The notes under the pieces were generated by a model. That model was not told the origin of the DNA and searched no databases. It saw only the letters and a program-made list of their open reading frames with translations. A stretch of 64,000 nt of DNA, taken from contig CM082587.2 in assembly GCA_040954595.2 (NCBI GenBank), forward strand, positions 1,325,500 to 1,389,499, written 5' to 3'. Shown here piece by piece: positions 39,001 through 61,200 of the stretch. The position numbers and the translations under genes are program-made. The first letter of the stretch is position 1. Each line of letters starts with the position of its first letter. The stretch comes from Balanoglossus misakiensis. Lineage: Eukaryota > Animalia > Hemichordata.

Positions 39001-42000
39001 CTGTTACAATATGGACAGAGTTCCAGGAAAAAATTTCAATTCCGAACAAAAACCCGCATGTCTCCATTGTCATCTTGCCTGTTCAGAAAAAAAAATATTA
39101 GTGAGAGAAAGTAATTGACTTCGCCGATAAAGTCGCTGGTACCGCCATAAAAATTTAGAGACAGTATTTCCTCACACAGTGTCAGGGTAGAATAAGAAAA
39201 TCACAATACTTTAGGGCCACATGCACAGAGACTGTGGACATGGCAGAAATAGATAACAAATAAGGCTTAAAATAGACCGAAACGCTAGCCGAAAAAAATA
39301 TGAACAAGAAACTTTGCGGATAAACGCCGTATAAAGACAGTTCTGTCCGTTCTCCACCCCCCCCCCCTCGGGCCTTACACGCACAGCGAAATTCAAGCTA
39401 ACTTTTATCGTTGTCGGCTCAACTTAGATTTCCACAGAAGTCTGTTTGCGTAGATTTTTAAAATAAAAGATGAACAGCGCCGCGAACACGAACAGTGGAA
39501 ACTGACTAACCGGAGCCAACTGAACACAGTGATATCTCTATACCTCGTCACATTTGGCTGCTTATCTGGTAAAACACTCCAAAATATAAAATGAATTACT
39601 ACTGGCCCGCGAGAGTGTCAGAATACATGTCAGACACACAATCTCCGATATGTATAAACATCGACCCGGAGAAGCGTCTCGTATTCTATAATTGAAACGT
39701 ATTATCGGCGATTCTTATCAGTCGGCTCCCATTGTTTCGCTGGTACACGTAGAAGAACGGTGCAGTAACACGTGTTCCGGCTCTGCTGTAAACTCTTTTA
39801 AAACATATGCGAATTAAATGGGAGCGTGCTTGCCGTGTATTTTAGTGTAAATCCAGCCCCGTATATCATCCACTCAATGCTACTTGGAAATTCATTACCT
39901 GTATAATGTGTTTTATCTCGAGACGGCGAGTCCTCATTTGAATATGATCGGGCCGCGTATATTCATTTCACTCGGAGTCGAAGCAAAGCGAGGACGTTTT
40001 TTTTTGCCTTTAGCGCTAATGTTCCAACGTTTGTTGGCAGGAAAAATGACGTTGGCGTAGATTTTGTACCTTAAGTTACTTACTGCACACAGGAGACGGG
40101 CGGTCGAGGTCTCTCCTGAACAGAAAGCGCGGCTGTTGCGATATGACGGTCGAGGGATAAGATATTCCTTGTGCTTATGCAAATCTATGGACTGGCAGAG
40201 GTGACCCGTATTTTTATGTCCTCACCCACCGTCCTATCAGTTTAAAAAATAGGGGAGTACAAAACGCTGGCGTAAATGACAAAAAATACCACAGAATCGA
40301 ACTAACCAAAGACGTGACCAATAAATCAGCTGAGGTGTTATGTGGTGGTTTGTCCACAACTCCGTCTCACCACACAGTTCAGATTTGGCAAAAAAAAAAA
40401 AATGCATCAGTGAAAGGAACTGAGATTGTTATGCGCATGCGCACTGTGAACATAAACCTCTGGCAAAAAAAAAGTTTGCGCTCGTGCAAATTCAAAGAAC
40501 AGCAAGTTACATGCAACTTTTCGTGCGTATAAAATCAGAACTTTTTGCAGTTTAATTAAAATATAAATGAATTACCTTTATGTTGTGTTCTTCTAATCGT
40601 TCTTCTTCTAGAAAAAAACCCCAACAAATCCAAAGTTGTTTCTGTAAATGAGATAAAAAGTTTATATGATAAAATCGCTCTTATAAGTTATAATACAGGC
40701 AGATGTTAGCATATTATTATCGAAATTATGTTTGACATGTGACGTTTGATGTGAAGCAAATTCCGCTCTTTGTACTGGAGGAGGGGTCCCGATCTCTTTA
40801 GATGGGTATTCGATGCGTATGAATAGAAATAAAATAATAAAATTGGTCGCAGTTAAGATTGCATTAATTTCAGTTTCACATCTGTGTGTGTACATAGACT
40901 TTATCATCACTAGACTGATTTATTAGCGAGATATAATCAAAAACGGCATACAGAATACTTCTTTGTATACATGGACCTCAGACAGAGCGATAGGGACGTG
41001 CGGCCTTCGGCGGGGCCATCGCGCTCTATATTGTGACTCAGTACTCGTCGATCCAGGATATGGATTTTTGATTAGAAGTGATTTTTATTTAGAATATAAA
41101 TCCTATAGTATTAGAATATATATAATATTATATTATATATCTCTGATTTTTGTACGAGAGGTTTATTTTTAATTATCAGATAACGTTTTTGCAGTTTTCG
41201 TCCCTTCGTTGAGATTGCAAAGTGTGATATCCGAGCTTGAGGGGGGGGGGGGTTGTGCTGGATGGATAGCTGGCTGGTTATTCTGATAGGGCTGTGTGTA
41301 CGTCCTAGGCAAAACAGTCGAAGTCTTTGTTCAGTTTGGTAGCAGTGGCGATGTGATTGCAATTATTGAACAATTAGAGCTCATTGTAAGGGTTGCAGGT
41401 GATGCTTCGAACGAGGACCGTGCCACGCAGGTGATGCCGATAAACGCCACGCTCGGAAAACAAACAGTTTAAAAGCTCTTCATGTAGCTACAATAGACAT
41501 GGACACAAAATATTGTGAGGCAAAGAGACTCCAATTTTTGTTTCTCCTAACTAATGAATATAAAAACAATTGTGCTCATGTTTGTTGGTGTTCCATATAC
41601 ACCACTGCTTTTAGTATTACGCCGTTTGTAATGATAGAAAAGAGTGAGAGAGAGAGAGAAAAAAATCAGCTTTGCCACGTCAAAGAACGGAAAACAAATA
41701 CAGGGCCAAGTTTCTGGTCAATCTACTTATTAGAAACTGACATAGCAAGTATGGAGGCGACAAAGGTTGACTAACTGTTTTTATTCCGTTCCGACCCGGA
41801 TAACAAACTCTGCCACCAAAAGCGATCGGGCCACGTGATTGACAAATCAGTTCTTTTCTCGTGTCGTATAAGTTTAATGATCTCACAATAAATTTTAAAG
41901 TTATGAAATTGAGTTTTTAAAGTGGTTAACTGTTTGCTTTTCGTTGAAAATGTACATATGTACTTAAGCTGAAAGTTTCATTCGGGCAAAACTGGCTGGT

Positions 42001-44548
42001 AGTTGAACGCGCGCGCGAGCTGCCACCTGCGCGTCTCATGCAAAACGTATCGCTTGGTTTAACTTTTGACTTGGCCTGCTTTCTGATTATTATTTATTTG
42101 CATTTCTTCATGAAAATCTACTCCGAACTTTATTAGAGTCTCTTTACTTGGCCCTTAGCCTCGTTCGAGAGGGGTTGGGTCTGTCACTCGTCTTTGACAG
42201 GTTCGTATGTGTGTGTCTGTGTGTCTCCCCCGTTATTGGTAGAACCCCTTTGTTAAACTCGTCAGCGAGTAGTAGTGAGTTCACGGATGCGTTTGAAAAA
42301 AAAAATAAGTCGGTACTCATCCTGTATCACGAACCTCCCAAAATGAGGCCTCGGATTTTTGATAACGACGTATTCAAGGCTGGCCAAAGATTTTATTTAG
42401 TAATCTAGTTACCATAGTAACATCTTTTTATCTCTCTGCGCAGGAGTTTTGTGTTGAATAGAAATCGTAAATTTAGAGGTGTAATAGCCGCTGCTGCACA
42501 TCGCCTTCGATGTGATGAACACAGCAACGTCGGTCACTGAAAGGTCACAAATCACTTTACGACGGAAAAAAACCCTCAAAAACCTACAATAAAAGAAAAA
42601 AAAGTTTTCGCTTGTTGTTATTAATTTACTGGTACGGTTATATCGTTTATTATGAGCGAAATTATGAGAAATTTTGTTGGAAAACAGCAGTCCTCGGGCT
42701 TGACGTCCCACAAGTGTTTTGGAGTTATCTCGTCAATGAAAGTTGTAGGCGGACGGCGCACTTCAAAACAGCTGAGTTTTTGTCAGAAATCTTTCCCTCA
42801 TTCCGACCCTGATAAATAGGATACTAATACAAATCTAATGACAAGCGAACAATGTGTCAATAACACTGAAAAAAAAATTCTTTTTCGCTTTCGACAGATT
42901 TTATTTAACCGGTGCGCCTGTTCTCATAGGCCTTTTTTTTTTGCCTTTTTTCTTCTTTGAAACGGAAAAGTGGAACCGAAGAACGCGGTGGAGATTATAT
43001 CAGCAATAAAGGGGGAAATCCAGCCAAAACTCCCCACCAAGAAGCAATTGAAAAATGAAGTATATGAAAGATGAAGAGATAGGGTTTGGTCGTTCTCCGG
43101 AAAATCAGTCATGTTTCCTAGTGGCACGCGTCAACGGCCTCGTTTCTCTACTGCAGATGGCAGCACTCGTTTAGATCGGGCCACGATAAAGCCGTGTATT
43201 TCAGCCAAACATGTTTAATATAGCCCGCTTTTGATTCATTTTTTCTCCTTTTTCTTTTGTTTTCAGAATATGTTAATTATTATGTTAATGTGGTAAAAGT
43301 TTTTCCCCTCCAACTGTGCGATAGACTTCAGACAAAAAAGCCAAAACAATAGGATGTTGAAAATTGAGAGATTTTTTTCCCCGCTGGTGAACGCTGTCCG
43401 CATCCTATCTGCTCAATCTCATTCCAGTTCGTATTTCCCGCATCCACATTACCGTTCTCTCAGAAACTGGGATTTTGTATGGCGCGATTAATATACTATT
43501 AAAAATTCATTGCGTTCGGAGTTAAGAAGATAATCACCAGAGAATAATGGGACGCTTACGCTGAGCTTTGGACCAAGGCTCCCCACCCTGTAGTAACTAC
43601 CAACGACCCTGATTAAAGACACATTTTTCAATCTCATATACAACACAAGTATACAAAGTACACATTTGAGAAAATCCGGCTAATTCTTCCGCACGGTTGA
43701 GTTGATTGCAAAAAAATATAATAATAGCCCCTCCCTATTGTAGGGGAAAGTTGACTACCTTTACAGATACAGCGGCAGATTGCACTTCTTTCCCTCTCTC
43801 CGTTCGCGCTCGCGTCCGCGGTGTCGTCAGGGCAACAGAGTATACAAATTAAACTGAAGAAGAAATAGAACTGTGAAACTTACAAAATAGGTAAAAGAAA
43901 AAGTTAATCGCCCTTACAATAAGTTCGTTTTGAAGCCAGTGCACCAGGATTAACGCGAAATTTATTTTTGATTGGCATGGAAACAGACGTATGCGTAATT
44001 TGACCATTTTGAGTAGCATAATCTAAAGATGTCTTGAGGAAATAAACGAGAGAAAAAAGTTTCAGACTTTGATTTTCGAGGCGCGTACTACCAGTAATAA
44101 ACGGACTGGATAAAAGTTGTCTGATACACACACATTTCATTAAAAAGGGATCAAGAAGCGACCTCAAGGGAACTAGAATGAATTCAATTAACGTGTCACA
44201 GAAAATACCATTGATTGAAAAAAAACTCGCTCCTTGCTTGATTAATGTATAAACACGCAAACTTTAATTAGCGTACAGACTGAAAGTGCATAGCTTTCTA
44301 AAAATATAACAATACCATCTCCTGAACATCGGTAGCTATTTTAGGAGGGATGTATCGGGTGTACGGGACGCCATTGTCGCGACCAAGATAACCACCTCAA
44401 CACTCAGTGTTGTTGAACATTTTCGCCAAAAATAGATATGAGATTCATACAGGTACCTTGCGTATTTAGTTGTTATGGTGCGTTCTCCGATGATTCGAGG
44501 ATATTTGGTTGATATGTACGTGTGGAGGACGAAGGATGTAGCTGGAAC

Positions 44549-44632
44549 GGGGAGAGAGGGGGGAGGGAGAGGGGGATCGAGAGAGAGGGGGAGCGAGAGA
44601 GAGAGACGGAGAGAGAGAGAGACACAGAGAGA
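44549..44632. repeat. GA-rich tract upstream of PRDM12
   Basis: Direct reading of the sequence. Confidence 0.85.
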
Positions 44633-45451
44633 TATTCAATGTCTCATTGCACTTTATTTAATTAATACTGATTTAGTAGCATTTAGTAGCAAATCATAGG
44701 CAACCACGACTTGACTCAGACATGTGTACCTCTCCAACGACCACATGTAGGCATAAACGATCACCCAACAGCTCTTTGTTGCTTTACATGACGGGAGAGC
44801 GCGCTGAACGCTCGCCCCAGCTTCGCAGGACAAATGGAGCGCGCGTGCGTCTTGGTTTCTTACATTTGCCACTCTTTGTAGCCGTATTATGTGGACTTGA
44901 TGACGGGTGCATCATTGCATTGGTTGATGCCATTAAAATGTATTGAAATTCAAGCTGTGTATTGGGGGAGATAGATGAAGAGAGAAGAGAGCGAGAGAGG
45001 CAGTGACAGAAAAAAAAAGTCGGTTGGGGGCTAGATGGTACGCATGCGCAGTAACATTTTGCTGCAGGTGCATGCATGGCTGGAGTTTGCAAGTTTAGCG
45101 CGAGTTGAAGTTGCCGCTTCCACCGAAATTATATTTATAGCAAGAGCTTCTGATTGGTAGAGGGGGGTCATCATTTGCGTGCATAGTATAGCTACTCCCA
45201 TTAATTATCTTCACACGTTCAAAATACAACCTTTTGTGAGCGCAACAAGACCGCGGCAAAACGATCTGTATTTTCTTGCATATTAAATTCCTATTTATTA
45301 ACTATTAAACGCAATTTCGTTATGAATACTTTATATCTGGATCCAAATCGCATATAAAATGCACATTAAAGGGCAGATTCTGTCATATTTTTCTTACAAC
45401 TACATCTTGACCGGACAGCCGCCGCTCACGGCCGATAAAAGCCGACTAACT

Positions 45452-54129
<8,678 letters not shown>

Positions 54130-54843
54130 AAGAACCTAGGGGGTCATCAATGGCTAGATGTGTAGATTTGGCCATTCACAAAAAGTTATGCAAATCAAGT
54201 TAAAGGTGAGACGACAATGTGATGGACAACAGCTTCAGAAAAGGAAGGAGGCCTGCTTCCATTGGTTTTGCATCGACCAAGTTAATAAACACTGGGGTAA
54301 CCAAAAATGCAACAGGAAGACAAGTGCAAGAAGTTCACATGAACTTGAGATTTAATACAGTCAAATATAAAGTACAGGTACGATATGAATACACTTACTG
54401 AGGAAACTATTCATGCACATCATTTTGCAAACATATATACATAAACACACCAGGCACCAGAGGTTTTGGTGCACAACCGGCTGACATCAGTATTTTGAAG
54501 TCCTGAGCAACTATACCCACCGCATCGCACCAGAAGGAACGAGTACACTGCAAGGGGAACAACGAAGGTATCACCCTACATTCTGTGTTGATTACTGTAT
54601 ATGCTAAAGTACATCACACAGGCTTGCCACAAAACAAACAATATATTTACCGTTATGTGACATGGAAGGGCAGTATATTAGAAACTGGCAAAGTTTTTAC
54701 AAACTCCAGAAAGGAGATTAGAAGTCTATGCAATACGTTTGATACACATGTATAACCTTCTTTTATATATACTCATGGTATTTTTATTACTTATGCAAAA
54801 AAGGATATACTTTGTTCAACAAAGGGAGTACTGATATTTATGC

Positions 54844-54849
54844 AATAAA
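54844..54849 (+). terminator. Candidate PRDM12 polyadenylation signal (alternative at 54284-54289)
   Basis: AATAAA at the end of an AT-rich region downstream of the PRDM12 stop codon. Confidence 0.45.
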
Positions 54850-54962
54850 ACAATATGTCTAATAGTTGAGTCTTACTGCCATTAATCCCATGCAAAAATA
54901 CATACATTGTATGTTTATATCTGCAGGTATTTATCTATGTAAGTATGTATTATCAACTGGTC

Positions 54963-56996
54963 TCAGCAATATTTCTTGGCAGCTTGGCAAACTTTCTTTA
55001 CAGCGTTCACCAACACATCTTGTCCATGATATGTAAAGCATATGCGGGCACAGTTCTTGAAACTACCAGTGGCAGAGAACCTAAGAAAAATCACACAGAT
55101 CAAATCGTCACTACTAAGGTTAGAAGCAGGGAAGAAAAGTTATTTCGTATTCTTAAAATCAACACAAACCATGCAGAAGTTCTTGGACCAATCATCATCC
55201 GTGATGTTTCTCTGATGTTTGGTTATTGTATCAAAAATGTATAAGAGACACTTATATTTACCTGATGCCTGGAGCAAATGATACACCGTACTCTTTTGTG
55301 CAAAAATGATTCACCTCTGTTGAGTCTACTTTCTCAGGAAATTCCACCCAGATGAAGAAACCACCCTATACATACAAAACAAAACATGCATGTTCAATGG
55401 TGTCAGGCAATGATGCTGCATCTAAAATTACCACAAAAACAAAATCATTCATCTCTAATCAAAGTAAGATCGCAATCCACGGACTGAAAAGACTAACCTC
55501 GGGTTTTGAGACTACAACTCCTGCCGGCATTTCATCCTGCATAGTTTGATAAACTGCATCCAAATTGTTCTTGTACTTTTGACGTATCGCCTCTATATGT
55601 TTGGATATCAGTCCCAGTTCTAAAGCACTTGCTATTATCCCAGATGTGTAGTTGTTCCAACCTCCTCCACTCATGACTACACCACTGTTAAACAAAGAGA
55701 TTCCAGCATTAAGTTACTTCCTTGCCATTCGGTTGGTACCGAACAATGCACAAAGTATCTGTCTATTTCTGGTATATCTCGTGATACTTTACTTACGATG
55801 AACGGATAATTTTCATAAGTATCGACGGCGCTTCCATCCATCCAAGCCTCATTCCAGGACCCAGCAACTTAGAGAACGACCCATTGGAAATCACATGACC
55901 CTTGTAGTCAGGGTCTGTCTTCTTGTCGTAAGCGAACAGTCGTTTGGGTGGAGGAAGAAATTCATCATGTGACCTCTCACCAGGTGCAACTGCATACGAC
56001 AGCAAGTTATAGACGTCATCGCAGATTACCAGAATGTTGTATTTCCGAGCAAGTTTCACTATCTGCTCACATTTTTCTGTGAATGGAATACAAAAGTTTC
56101 CTGATTCGAACAAAATCATTTAGACCAAGATTAACTGAACAAATGAAAATTACAAATGAACAGTTCCAATGGAGAAAGTTGACCAATTGCAAGGGGATTT
56201 CCCAATTGTTACCTTCAGAGAGACATGAACCTTTAGGATTGTTGAATGTTGGAATCAGGTACATCAGAGACCAGTATGGTTGTCTCTCAGTCACCTCATG
56301 TGTGGACGTCTTCTGATGTTCCTTGAGAAGTGTATCCAACTTCTCCATATTGATGCCGGTCTCATCATATGGCACTGGGCATCGTGACACAAGTAAAAGA
56401 GTCAGCTATAGAGAAAAACTAGCGGCATACAAATCCAACGTCAGTCTATAATGATATTAGATTACTACAACTTATTTTGTGGAGAAGGATAATGTTGTTG
56501 TAAATACCTGGCACAGTTTTCATTCCCAAGTCTTTCTTGAATAGTTCTAAAGCAATGAAATATGATGGATCTTCAAGGAAAACGATGTCTCCTCTATTAA
56601 AGAACATCGATGCCACCATGTAAAGACCATGTGAGGCCCCACATGTTACCATTAAATCTTCACTGAAAGAAACAATATAGAAACACCCGTTAAAAACAAA
56701 AGGCCAGAATGAAAGGTCACCCAGGGGTCATGAAAGTGGCTATTGGTTGGAGCTACAATGTACCTGTCCACTTCGTCTTTGTATCCTTCGGTCAAAACTT
56801 TCGACATTTGCCATCGGAATTTACAATCTCCTTGTCTGCATCCATATTGAAAAAGATAGCCATTTTCTGATTGCTGAAACAAGAGAAATATTTGTTAAAT
56901 TGTGTTCTATACTTAGACAAGGGCAATAACTATGTGTATACATACATACATATACACATACATACAACATACGTACGTACGTACGTACAAACATAG

Positions 56997-57029
<33 letters not shown>

Positions 57030-57388
57030 CACGCACGCACGCACGCACACACACACACACACACATACCTACGTACGTACGTACATACATACATACATAC
57101 ATACATACATACATACATACATACATACATACATACATACATACATACATACATACATACATACATACATACATACATACATACATACCAAGGTCACCCC
57201 CGGGGACCTACCAATCTATGCTGGGTCGCCTTGCTCAGTATGTCGATGCAAGCCTCCAGCTCAGGTTTGTCAGGAGCGCCGATTTCTAGTTTTATCGCAC
57301 TGTCAGCAACCAAAGAACCCCCGCTTAATTCTTCGAAAACGTGGTTGAAGACGGTTCCCATCTTCTCAGAGTTTCCCGAAGTAGTCAT
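54963..57388 (-). CDS. PLP-dependent aminotransferase class I/II (2-aminoadipate transaminase / yeast YER152C-like), ~430 aa, 8 exons
   Basis: Exons (minus): 57388-57212, 56873-56764, 56662-56508, 56374-56213, 56076-55797, 55684-55498, 55365-55262, 55080-54963 (1293 nt, GT-AG). Motifs: [53 protein letters not shown] (PLP lysine), PEGGFFIW, APG..F, RICF. Confidence 0.92.
56938..57188. repeat. Compound (ATAC)n/(AC)n/(GTAC)n/(GCAC)n microsatellite filling most of aminotransferase intron 1
   Basis: Direct reading; it also produces the spurious MYVC/HTYI ORFs in the ORF track. Confidence 0.97.
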
Positions 57389-58203
57389 GTTCACCGGTGT
57401 AAGCACAACTCCAGTCACCCCCGACCTCGATTGTTACGTCTCACTCTCACGTGACTATATAGACAAACAAGACGTATCACGTATATTTAATTTGTGCTTG
57501 TCTGAGGCAGGGTACCAACTATCTCTAGAGGGGAAACAAATTGGGAAAATGTTTTTTTGGACTCCTTTTAACTTGAACCATCAAAAATTTTCAATTACCC
57601 CTTCCCAAGCTTACTGAAGTTTGCTCACCATAAATTAAAACCCCTGATCTTGCCCGACTGGTGGTCATCATATATAATATTGTTTTCTCCCCCGTAGAAT
57701 TATTCTCTACGTAGAACCACCACGCCCCTTTTGCGTGTTCATATTTATTTTCAGTTTTGTGGAACTTTTTTTGGTCGTCAAATGACTTTAATGTTATTAA
57801 TAACTCTCAGACTCACACCACTTGACTAAAAGTACTATTTTAATAGTATAACTACCAGTTGTTTTAGTGTGAAAAGTCATGTTTAGGTAGGAGAAAAGAA
57901 GAATTGGGCGTTAAGCCAGATGCGAAAATCTTAATCCAATCGTGGATGCATCATATCATTCATGTATTGCAAGGAAAACATCCAAAAAATCCTTTAAGAT
58001 GCGCATATATATGACCAAGGGATCAGATTATCTAGAGCTACCCACAATGCACCCCGAATCCAATATGGCGAAGATGATATCGTCTGCGTTGTTTTCTGTG
58101 TCAGCAAATAATATCTCGTGTTTTTCAAGGACTTCATAGAGTTTTTGCAAATTTTGACACTTTTACGGTCTTTCAAGGAATGCTAACTTAGATAACGACA
58201 ACT
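57389..58203. promoter_or_regulatory. Divergent promoter region between the aminotransferase and GNL1
   Basis: The start codons face away from each other 815 bp apart. An E-box TCACGTGA lies at ~57447. Confidence 0.55.
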
Positions 58204-61200
58204 ATGCCCCGGAAAAAGCCATTCAGTATAAAGCAGAAGAAAAAACAGCTGCAAGAGAAACGAGAGAAGAAACGTCACTCTTCGTTTGCAGGTAAGGCAC
58301 TGTAAAAAAAACTCAAAACGGCCGACGCGACGATATCTCGTCGCAGAATTTCCACATTCTTGGAAAATTGAACTGTACCCGCGAGTTCCACAAAGGTATA
58401 TTTATATATCTGTCGTCCACTCAGAAAGTTTTAATGAAACCACACAGTCGCTGTGTGTCGTCACGAGTCGTCGATATGAAATAAGCACGTGTGTTTGTTT
58501 ATATTTAGACGATGACGTCACTGTGCAGCATGGAGCCATTGAATCTTCGGGGTTATTAAAATAAATCTGAGTTCGCACAGTCATTACTGAGTAGGGACAG
58601 GACAAATGTCAAAATCACAAGCCCACGATCATCCCTACTCGTTAATACGATACTAATTTTCATAATGTAGCGCGTAAGAAAACGCGACTACGGCTTGTGA
58701 TTGGTGGATATTTGTCTCCGTCAGAACTCCTACTCCTAGTCAAAGTATTTCCTGTCACCCGCCGTATGCGATCATTTTCTCAGTGTGGTTTAGTTGTATG
58801 TTAACAATGGCTGCCGTAGTATTACTCACTGAAAGTGCATAGTGATTGTAATTGCCAGCGCAGGAGAAATCAACGTCTGTGCATTAGTAATCTTGCAATA
58901 CCTCACTGCCTGTCGAAATGAGCCTTTCAAAATTATTTGGACGTATGAAACGTACACAAAGAGGTAGGAGGAGGTCATTTTTTTTAAAGAAAGTGCAATT
59001 GATTGGAGGTCTCACTGTGAGAAATGGGGATAGCTTTGCCATGTGAGGGATATTGAAAATTCTTAAATTAATTGTCCTTGGTTTGCAGTAGCTATAATAC
59101 TCACCATCACCTTGCCCTTTAATATACGCTACATCATGGATGTATATATTGATTACTTTCTGATTGGAAAGGCATCCAAGTAGTGTCTTAATCCACTTGC
59201 AACTATTTCAGACATACCATAAATACACATGTGTCGGAATTCACATGCAGACTGTATGGTATGGTCTATATATTTTGTAGAGTCAAACAGTTAGCCTACA
59301 GTTTTGTTTCTGCGCAATTTTTATCCAGCCATGTCTGGTATTTGAACCCAAGGCAAGATTCTAGGTGAATACACTGAGGTTGCATCTGATAGGAGTAATA
59401 AGGGTATGCATGGAGCATGAGAAGAGTTCATGACCCATATTATACTTCAGGTTCATAGGGTTGATATGATTTCCTCTTCAAAGATTTGATTAGGATTGTC
59501 CAAAGAGGCTAGCAGGCTTTTTGCATGGATCTGTCAAATGCAGCTTTTTAGTCTCACCAAGAATATTGAATACAATGTTTATCTTGTAGACGTTAACCTG
59601 TTCATGATAGCTGTGTTGCTGTGTGACGTACAAAACATCGAAATTGATGATTAATTTTTATTGTCAGAATTTGCATTTACGCAACACATTTGGTGCTGAC
59701 AGCATGTGCCATCGCTAACACGCACTAACCCATGTATCTTTGCAAAATATGAACAGATTATTTGATTTCCTCCTTTGTTAGATAATTTTTGTATTTCTGA
59801 GTTGTCACAGAATTTTTCAGTTGTATCACATGATAATAGGCTGGTTTTTTTATGTAAAGGATTACTCTCAATAGCAAATTCCTGAGTGACACTTACTACT
59901 TGACCCCTTAGTTGTATTATCACTTGTAACAATCCACCTTGATTAGTGATGGTGGACCCCCTAAGATACTGGCATATTTTGTTCCCATGGTGATGCAAGG
60001 CATTTGAAAAGGCAATTAATTGTCCTGTTTGAACAGTGGTAAAATGAAGTTTATTGGTAAAGATAATAGTTAATACTGGCAGCCATGTTTTTGTGCAGGC
60101 TAAAAGATGTCACGATATGATCAATATCCCTGCCAGGTGGCTGATTTCTCATGAAATTATCCACATTCGGCACTTTTATGACTGAATTGTTTTTGTTCAA
60201 ACTTGACACACTGGCAGTCAGTGTACCTTCATCTTCATGTTTGTGTCGCAATATGATCCAATGTGGCTCCCAAGTGTGCCTTTAATCCCTGTCCACTGTC
60301 CCCTTAATATGTAAGAGAAGAAATATCCAGATTTATTGATGCAAATACTGTGTAGTGATCACTTGTAATGGCGACGCTCAATCAATTCTTTCACTGTCTT
60401 TATTGCAGCTCAACCACATCGCTCTCGTGTGCAATCAAAAGAGGAAAGTAGTGAAGATTTCGAGTCCACATCAGACGGAGAAAATGCTGAAATCATCAAA
60501 GTGAACCATCAACCTCTGCCTAAGAAATCCATAGACAAGAAATATGATCCAAACAGGTAAAATTACATTGCCGGTGAAAATTAACATTAGCTTGGATTAG
60601 TTACATAGTGTGTTTTAACTGCGGATAATTTATGGGCGTGTACGACAGGGAATTGAATTACAAAAATCATTGCATGTAATGATGACGTCTGTGCTTTCAA
60701 GCTGTGCCATGTCTTAATGCACTCGCTCTCAACCTTGGAGATTCTGTAATCTGATTTGAGAAATTATGATTGCACTGAAATAGTGTCGAGTAATCCAGGT
60801 CAGGTGTTTTGTTGATGTCATCAGTTTGAAATATCTCATCGCTGCGCAAATTCTACATTTTGACATCGTATTATTTTAACAAACAAATGGATTTAATGCC
60901 GCCATAGACTAAAAAAAATCTAGAAAATGAACTGAAATGTGAGATGAATTGTAATGGTATCAAATAGCTAATTCAATCAGGCATTATTTGACTTCAAGTT
61001 TTAATAGCAGGCAGTAGTAGGTCATGGTTTGACCAGACATACACATGTAACCTTGGAAACCACTAGTCTGTACAAACCGTACTGGACTACAATGTTTTCT
61101 TGATGTTCTCATTCCAATCAGTACAATGATTATGTGTGAAATTTGAGACATTGAATAAGGAGCCCTTGCACATTGTATTTACAGCTTCTCATAATTAACA

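Noticed and set aside
45359-45451. Upstream in-frame ATG extending PRDM12 by 31 aa
   Set aside because: The extension has no resemblance to PRDM12 and reads like AT-rich UTR. ATG 45452 is preferred, although the extension cannot be excluded.
56821-57348. ORFs with MYVC/HTYI repeats
   Set aside because: Translations of the intronic microsatellite.
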